Of a stretch of 32,628 nucleotides of DNA, positions 27,852 to 32,628 are shown piece by piece. The number at the start of each line of letters is the position of its first letter. The first letter of the stretch is position 1. The stretch is taken from positions 1 through 32,628 of the forward strand of contig JBILDU010000027.1 of the NCBI GenBank assembly GCA_044352465.1, written 5' to 3'. Below the pieces are notes generated by a model. That model ran no database searches, was not told where the DNA came from, and saw only the letters and a program-made list of their open reading frames with translations. The DNA comes from Bdellovibrionota bacterium. Lineage in GTDB: Bacteria > Bdellovibrionota_C > UBA2361. The position numbers were made by a program, and so were the translations under genes.

Positions 27852-29099
27852 GTGACCCGATTTCTTTCCTCAATCTGCGCCTTGGCCCTCGTGTGTAGTC
27901 TGGCGACACTTACTCCTGCGACACCGGCTCAGGCTGCGGAGCTCGTGTGTGTAAAGTACGAATTCGTTTGTCGCCCACGCGAACGATGCCTCAAGAAAGC
28001 TGCCACCGCCATTAAACTTCAGAGTCAAAAGTGCCCGAAAGGCTACACCCCGACCTATAGTGTCCTCGGAATCGACGACGTGGAGGCTGTCGTTAATACC
28101 AAGGTATCTTCATTGAGCTCGGGGCCCCAAGGTCCGACCGGTCCCCAAGGACCGGCTGGACCATCTGGACCGGAGGGACAGCCAGGTGCTCGCGGAATTG
28201 CGGGTCCGATGGGGCCAGCTGGCCCAGTGGGGCTAACAGGACCGGCTGGTCCGGTCGGCCCCCAAGGGCCGCTAGGGCCGCAAGGACCTGCCGGCCCACA
28301 GGGGCCGATGGGAATCCAAGGCCCTCCAGGAGTCTCGGGAATAAGTGCGGACACCGCCAACGCGCTTATTAACCAACGGCTCATCCTCCCTATCCCCTAC
28401 CTCAGCTATGAGGTAGGCCCGGTTCGCTTCAAGGTGGGGACCGCGAACGCGGTGGCTTACGGAACCGCGCGCTTGGGAGGCGATGGGATCTGGGAGACCC
28501 AAGTCGTCATGAAAGTTGCCTCAGTGGGAGACACCACACCTTTCTTGAGCGCGTCACCGGTTGCGTGCGATACGGGCTTTGTGCGAATCACCGGGGGAAA
28601 CTTTAACCTCTCACGGTGCTTCGCGACCTCCTCGAACTTGCCCCTGGTTGCTTGGTTCAGAGCTCCGCTCGGGGGCCACCAGTTTCCGATACTTCGCGCT
28701 ATGAGCGGCACTTCGAACTACAGCGGAGCCTTCCAGTGCGGTCAGGGGCCGATCGACATCCCCTACTCGGACCGGATCGACTTCCAAAACGCGACCAACG
28801 GTCAGTGTAGCTTCGGGTCCCGCTTCACGAACGTGGGAGCTGTGTCGCTAACAAACATTCCATCGGCTCCGATACCGGGCCCGGGGAGCGCGTACCAAGC
28901 TGATGCGGCTACGATGAACAAGATCTGCCAGCTCTACGGGTTTGCGGGGTATGCGACCTTCACTGCGAGTGGATTCTCGAGCTGCGGTGATAACAACCAT
29001 ATCCGCTGGAGCAACGAGCTGAACGCGTGGAACATCGTGCCGGCGTGTCAGTTAAACTCGCATATCAACTCACTGACCTGCTATCAGCTGACGTACTAA
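27852..29099 (+). CDS. Secreted collagen-like protein with Cys-rich N- and C-terminal domains
   Basis: Signal peptide ending AQA. 25 uninterrupted Gly-X-Y triplets at 28122-28346. GTG at 27852 preceded by GGAGGA, preferred over the track start at 27813. Confidence 0.88.
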   Translation: MTRFLSSICALALVCSLATLTPATPAQAAELVCVKYEFVCRPRERCLKKAATAIKLQSQKCPKGYTPTYSVLGIDDVEAVVNTKVSSLSSGPQGPTGPQGPAGPSGPEGQPGARGIAGPMGPAGPVGLTGPAGPVGPQGPLGPQGPAGPQGPMGIQGPPGVSGISADTANALINQRLILPIPYLSYEVGPVRFKVGTANAVAYGTARLGGDGIWETQVVMKVASVGDTTPFLSASPVACDTGFVRITGGNFNLSRCFATSSNLPLVAWFRAPLGGHQFPILRAMSGTSNYSGAFQCGQGPIDIPYSDRIDFQNATNGQCSFGSRFTNVGAVSLTNIPSAPIPGPGSAYQADAATMNKICQLYGFAGYATFTASGFSSCGDNNHIRWSNELNAWNIVPACQLNSHINSLTCYQLTY

Positions 29100-29105
29100 G
29101 AGAGT

Positions 29106-29165
29106 GGGGTTTTGCCCGTTTGGGAGTCGCCATGCGCTTGCATTGATTCCCGAACGGGCGACCCC
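29106..29165 (+). terminator. Long hairpin between the convergent collagen-like and rhomboid genes
   Basis: GCCCGTTTGGGAGTC (29114-29128) pairs with GATTCCCGAACGGGC (29145-29159), 15/15 with two G-U on the + strand. Extended by GGGGT/ACCCC. No U-tract. Confidence 0.5.
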
Positions 29166-29255
29166 CTCATCTTATCCCTGCGTGGCCACCACGACAGGGG
29201 TACCCCCGCGACCAGAGCTCCTCTAGTCGGCACGAAAGAACGTAGTCTCGGCAGC

Positions 29256-30746
29256 CTACCGCCTAAGAAGGCTACGTCCTAACAGATACCCGAGCCCCGC
29301 CCCCAGAAGATGCGCGGTGCCGCTCGTCTGCGGCACGAGAATATCAAAAAGCACCTGCAGGCCGATGATCGCCCCGACCGCGCGTAGCCGTTCGCGAGCT
29401 ACCCGCGACCCCTCATTGAGTGTTGCCCGATGGAGGATTGCGCCCGTGGCTCCTACGAGGCCCATAATGCTCCCCGAAGCCCCCACCACGAGACGCTCTT
29501 CGAGAGCACCCAGAGCAGTGGCGCCAAGGATGAGAAGAAGGCCGCCGCATCCCGAACCGATATAGACGATGAGGAACCGCCACGAGCCAAGGGTCCGTTC
29601 AACAAAAGGGGCGAGGCTTCGAAGCGCCACGGCGTTAAACGCAACGTGTGCCACTCCGACGTGCAGAAAAAGGGCCGTTACCACCCGCCACCATTCCCCT
29701 CTCACCAGGACCCCAGAGGGCCAAAATGCCCCGAGCTCAAAGAGACTCACGCCATGTCCCCAGAAAGACTCAACAACGAAGACACCGCCGATCAGCCAGA
29801 GCAGAAGGTTTGTCATCGGCCCTATCGAGCGCTCGTCATCCCCGAAACGAACTTCATCCTCCACGGCAAGCCCGACATACCTTCCGAGCTCCGGCGAGAG
29901 CGGGGAAGCCGTGCGCCCGGGGGCGGCTAAACGGCGGCGGGCTGCGGCTGCAACCCCGGGGAGGAGACTTCGCCCCAAAGCTTCGAAGATCGGGTTCGCC
30001 CGCCCAGCATCACCCGCTCGCTCGTAAGTGGTAGCGGTCCAAAAATCTTTAATGTCTGCCGGTATAAATGATAATCGCTCGGCGAGAAGGTAGCGGACGA
30101 AAGCGACCTCTCCATGAAAGACACCCAACATGAGCCGCGCCATCGTCAGCCCCGCCCCGGCGAGATAGCGATCGAAGGCGAGGAAATCGTGATCAAGCGT
30201 CTCGAGCTCTCCCAACTCACCACACGCGCGTAGATGGAGGATAAAAGGCGTTACCTCAAAGACCTCCCGGCTAAGCGCCGCCGCGGAAGCGCTGAGGACC
30301 CCATGCCAGTCCCCTTCCGCGGCACGGGACTCAAGTCTGATGAGCGGAAGAACCTCCGGTGATAGCTGCTCGGCGCGACGTAGGAGAAACTCACCCCGAG
30401 AGCGCTCCCCATCGAGGACCGCGCGGAGCCCGCATGCAGCCAGCCCACGCGCTCGCCAGCGCCGCTGAGGGTGAAAAACTGCAACCCATTTGCCGTAGCG
30501 TGCCCCCTGGTGGTAATCCCCACACACCAGAGCGGTGGCAAGGCGCCCCTCGCAAAAACGCGGCAATCCGATTAGCCCCATCCACGCGAGCATGGCAACG
30601 AACCCGCTCAACTGAGGAAAGAGGACCACCCCGCTCAGGAGCACGAGCAGAATGAGCCCTTCAAGGAGAGGAATCCGCCGGAGACGGAGCGCCGTGGAGA
30701 CACACAGCACCACAACCACCGCTGAAAGGATGAGGTTGAGGTTCAT
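29256..30746 (-). CDS. Rhomboid-family intramembrane serine protease with a long N-terminal TM + helical (TPR-like) region
   Basis: GEWWRVVTALFLH..AHVAFN, catalytic VVGASG and TAHLLGAGLG motifs. Confidence 0.9.
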   Translation of the reverse strand: MNLNLILSAVVVVLCVSTALRLRRIPLLEGLILLVLLSGVVLFPQLSGFVAMLAWMGLIGLPRFCEGRLATALVCGDYHQGARYGKWVAVFHPQRRWRARGLAACGLRAVLDGERSRGEFLLRRAEQLSPEVLPLIRLESRAAEGDWHGVLSASAAALSREVFEVTPFILHLRACGELGELETLDHDFLAFDRYLAGAGLTMARLMLGVFHGEVAFVRYLLAERLSFIPADIKDFWTATTYERAGDAGRANPIFEALGRSLLPGVAAAARRRLAAPGRTASPLSPELGRYVGLAVEDEVRFGDDERSIGPMTNLLLWLIGGVFVVESFWGHGVSLFELGAFWPSGVLVRGEWWRVVTALFLHVGVAHVAFNAVALRSLAPFVERTLGSWRFLIVYIGSGCGGLLLILGATALGALEERLVVGASGSIMGLVGATGAILHRATLNEGSRVARERLRAVGAIIGLQVLFDILVPQTSGTAHLLGAGLGYLLGRSLLRR

Positions 30747-30805
30747 GTCCAGGCTTATGGAGTTATTGCGTCAGAACACCCCGAGAGGATGTCATTCGAT
30801 GCCCC

Positions 30806-31393
30806 TTAAAAATCGGGCATCACCGCTTGATCGTATACCGTACGAGCAGCTTGTTCCGCTAAGTTATTCAGCGCCTCTTGCTCCTGACCACGCGAGACCT
30901 CCCGTCCACCGAGACCACGGAGGTCGGTCGCACCGAGTGAGCCGCCTGCAAAATCAACCGAGGAGGTTACCACGGTATCACTCGAGGTCGCGAAAGCCTT
31001 GGTGACAACGATCCGCGGATTGCGCCACAACACTTGCCCATCGGGACGGACGAGCTCGGCCGCGAGAACCATACTCGTGTCCTGCTGCCGCGCCCCGTCG
31101 TCTCGAGCGGAGACGGTGCTTGTTGCCCGACGGACCCTCAAAATTCGCGCATTCAAAATCGCATCTGCATCCTTACGCTCCTCGACGACAGCGATGACGC
31201 CGTACCGCTCGAACTGGTCCCGAAACGCCTCGGTAACTACGGTGGCTAACCCCGTCTCCGTCGACGAATTCTCAACGAGCGGAATCTCAACCTTCTTCAC
31301 GTCGGGCGGAAGCACGCTTCCCCCACCGCTAAAGGAGTAGCCACACCCCACGAGCTGACATGCCATGAGGCATAGAGCGAGTATTCGAGCCAT
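30806..31393 (-). CDS. lptE: LptE-family LPS assembly lipoprotein
   Basis: Lipobox LVGC followed by GYSF, then LPPDVKKVEIPLVEN, ADAILNARI and a C-terminal helix; about 195 aa. Confidence 0.8.
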   Translation of the reverse strand: MARILALCLMACQLVGCGYSFSGGGSVLPPDVKKVEIPLVENSSTETGLATVVTEAFRDQFERYGVIAVVEERKDADAILNARILRVRRATSTVSARDDGARQQDTSMVLAAELVRPDGQVLWRNPRIVVTKAFATSSDTVVTSSVDFAGGSLGATDLRGLGGREVSRGQEQEALNNLAEQAARTVYDQAVMPDF

Positions 31394-31402
31394 CTTTCCC
31401 TC

Positions 31403-31777
31403 CTAACCGGGACGAAATCTCTTTGTGCTTAGCTGCTTCGGAAGGTGGTCGGTGTAAGCAACGAGCCCCTTACCCCTCCGCCTTAAACCCTTCGCCTCAA
31501 TGTCCGTAATCTCCATCACCGCCGCAGCGCGCTTTATCACCTCGCCGTGACGCTCCTCAAGACGCTTGAGCATCTCCATACCACCAAGGGGTGCACTCTC
31601 TCCAGCATCGATCACCGGCTTCGCCACTGCATACCAACGATCAAACGCCTCAACGTAAGCAACAATCCGATCGGTAACGGTATCGAGATTCTCACACGTT
31701 GCCAGCGCCTCATCGGCAAGCCCCACCAGGGCGGCCGCATCTGGGCTCACGGTCTTCGGCGAATCTCCCTCTCCCAT
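31403..31777 (-). CDS. Hypothetical all-helical protein (124 aa)
   Basis: ATG with GGAGAG upstream. Tightly packed between fabI and lptE on the same strand. Confidence 0.7.
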   Translation of the reverse strand: MGEGDSPKTVSPDAAALVGLADEALATCENLDTVTDRIVAYVEAFDRWYAVAKPVIDAGESAPLGGMEMLKRLEERHGEVIKRAAAVMEITDIEAKGLRRRGKGLVAYTDHLPKQLSTKRFRPG

Positions 31778-31804
31778 ACCGCTCTCCGCGCCTGCTGAAT
31801 GATA

Positions 31805-32572
31805 CTACAGACCCATGATATTGAATCCACAATCGACGTACGTGGTCTCTCCGGTGACACCTGAGCTCCACGGGCCGAGGAAGAAAAGTCCCGTTTGGGC
31901 GACATCCTCGAGGGTTACATTGCGCTTGAGAGGCGCCTTCTCGGCAAAGGCCGCGAGAAGCTCCTTGAAATGAGGGATTCCTGACGCGGCCAACGTTTTG
32001 ATCGGGCCAGCAGAGATAGCGTTAACCCTAATGTTCCCACCACCGAGATCGGCCGCTAGGTATCGCACGCTCGCCTCGAGAGCCGCCTTCGCCACCCCCA
32101 TGACATTGTAATTGGTGACAACCCGCTCGGCTCCAAGGTAACTAAGGGTCACAATCGAGCCTCCGTTCTTCATCAGAGGCGCTGCGCGACCGGCGACGGC
32201 CACAAGCGAATACGCCGAGACATCGAGCGCGAGTTGAAACCCTTTCCGCGTGGTCTTGGAGAACGGATTCTGCAGATCCTCACGCTCTGCGAATGCAACG
32301 GAGTGGACGATTCCATCGATCGTTCCCCACCGTGCCTCAAGCTCACCAAAAAGCGCATCCAGCTCTGCATCTGACTGCACATCACATTTAAGAACATTCG
32401 GACAGGCGATACTCTCAGCGAGTGGGCGCACCCGCTTCTCGATAGCCTCATTGACGAATGTAAATGCGAGTTCCGCCCCCTCACGGTGGAGTGCTTGGCT
32501 CATCGTCCAGGCGATACTCCGCTCATTCGCGACCCCAAGCACCAAGATTTTTTTTCCAGAAAATAATCCCAT
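31805..32572 (-). CDS. fabI: Enoyl-ACP reductase (NADH)
   Basis: GVANERSIAW, VHSVAFA, YNVMGVAKAALEASVRYLA, RVNAISAGPIKTLAA and GVTGETTYVDCG motifs. Confidence 0.97.
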   Translation of the reverse strand: MGLFSGKKILVLGVANERSIAWTMSQALHREGAELAFTFVNEAIEKRVRPLAESIACPNVLKCDVQSDAELDALFGELEARWGTIDGIVHSVAFAEREDLQNPFSKTTRKGFQLALDVSAYSLVAVAGRAAPLMKNGGSIVTLSYLGAERVVTNYNVMGVAKAALEASVRYLAADLGGGNIRVNAISAGPIKTLAASGIPHFKELLAAFAEKAPLKRNVTLEDVAQTGLFFLGPWSSGVTGETTYVDCGFNIMGL

Positions 32573-32628
32573 AAAGACTCCCCCTAAAAAATTCGGTAGA
32601 CATTCTCTTCAGTCACCCGCGCCCACCC

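Noticed and set aside
28055..28384. Minus-strand Gly-Pro repeat ORF
   Set aside because: It is the antisense mirror of the GGN-CCN codons of the collagen gene.

Overview
Bacterial chromosomal segment, GC-rich by eye. The gene content suggests a deltaproteobacterial/Bdellovibrionota-like lineage, which is an inference. It is mostly housekeeping. In order: an HU-family nucleoid protein with a Lys/Ala/Pro-rich N-terminal tail (missed by the ORF track because it runs off the left edge), a CREST/ceramidase-like fusion membrane protein, mtnP, pepF, a complex I operon nuoC-D-E-F-G-H-J-K-L-M-N that lacks nuoA, nuoB and nuoI, a HelD-like SF1 ATPase, a small lipoprotein, a Trm112-like protein, a REC-PAS-histidine kinase, dcd, rpsT, a secreted collagen-like protein, a rhomboid protease, lptE and fabI. 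The most unusual part is 1.47-2.16 kb. There, a stand-alone non-catalytic fragment of a DDE transposase is followed directly by two 110-bp tandem units. Each unit has an invariant 5' leader, a 24-bp stem, a conserved 20-nt C-rich loop and a T6 tract. The two stems differ at 24 of 48 positions yet remain almost fully paired (8 compensatory double changes plus G-U wobbles). This points to a structured + strand RNA family that I do not recognise. Two distant intergenic regions (about 0.87-1.3 kb and 23.4-23.7 kb) also share rearranged motif blocks, and NuoH carries an approximately 74-aa hydrophobic insertion. All homology calls are from motif recognition; no searches were run.
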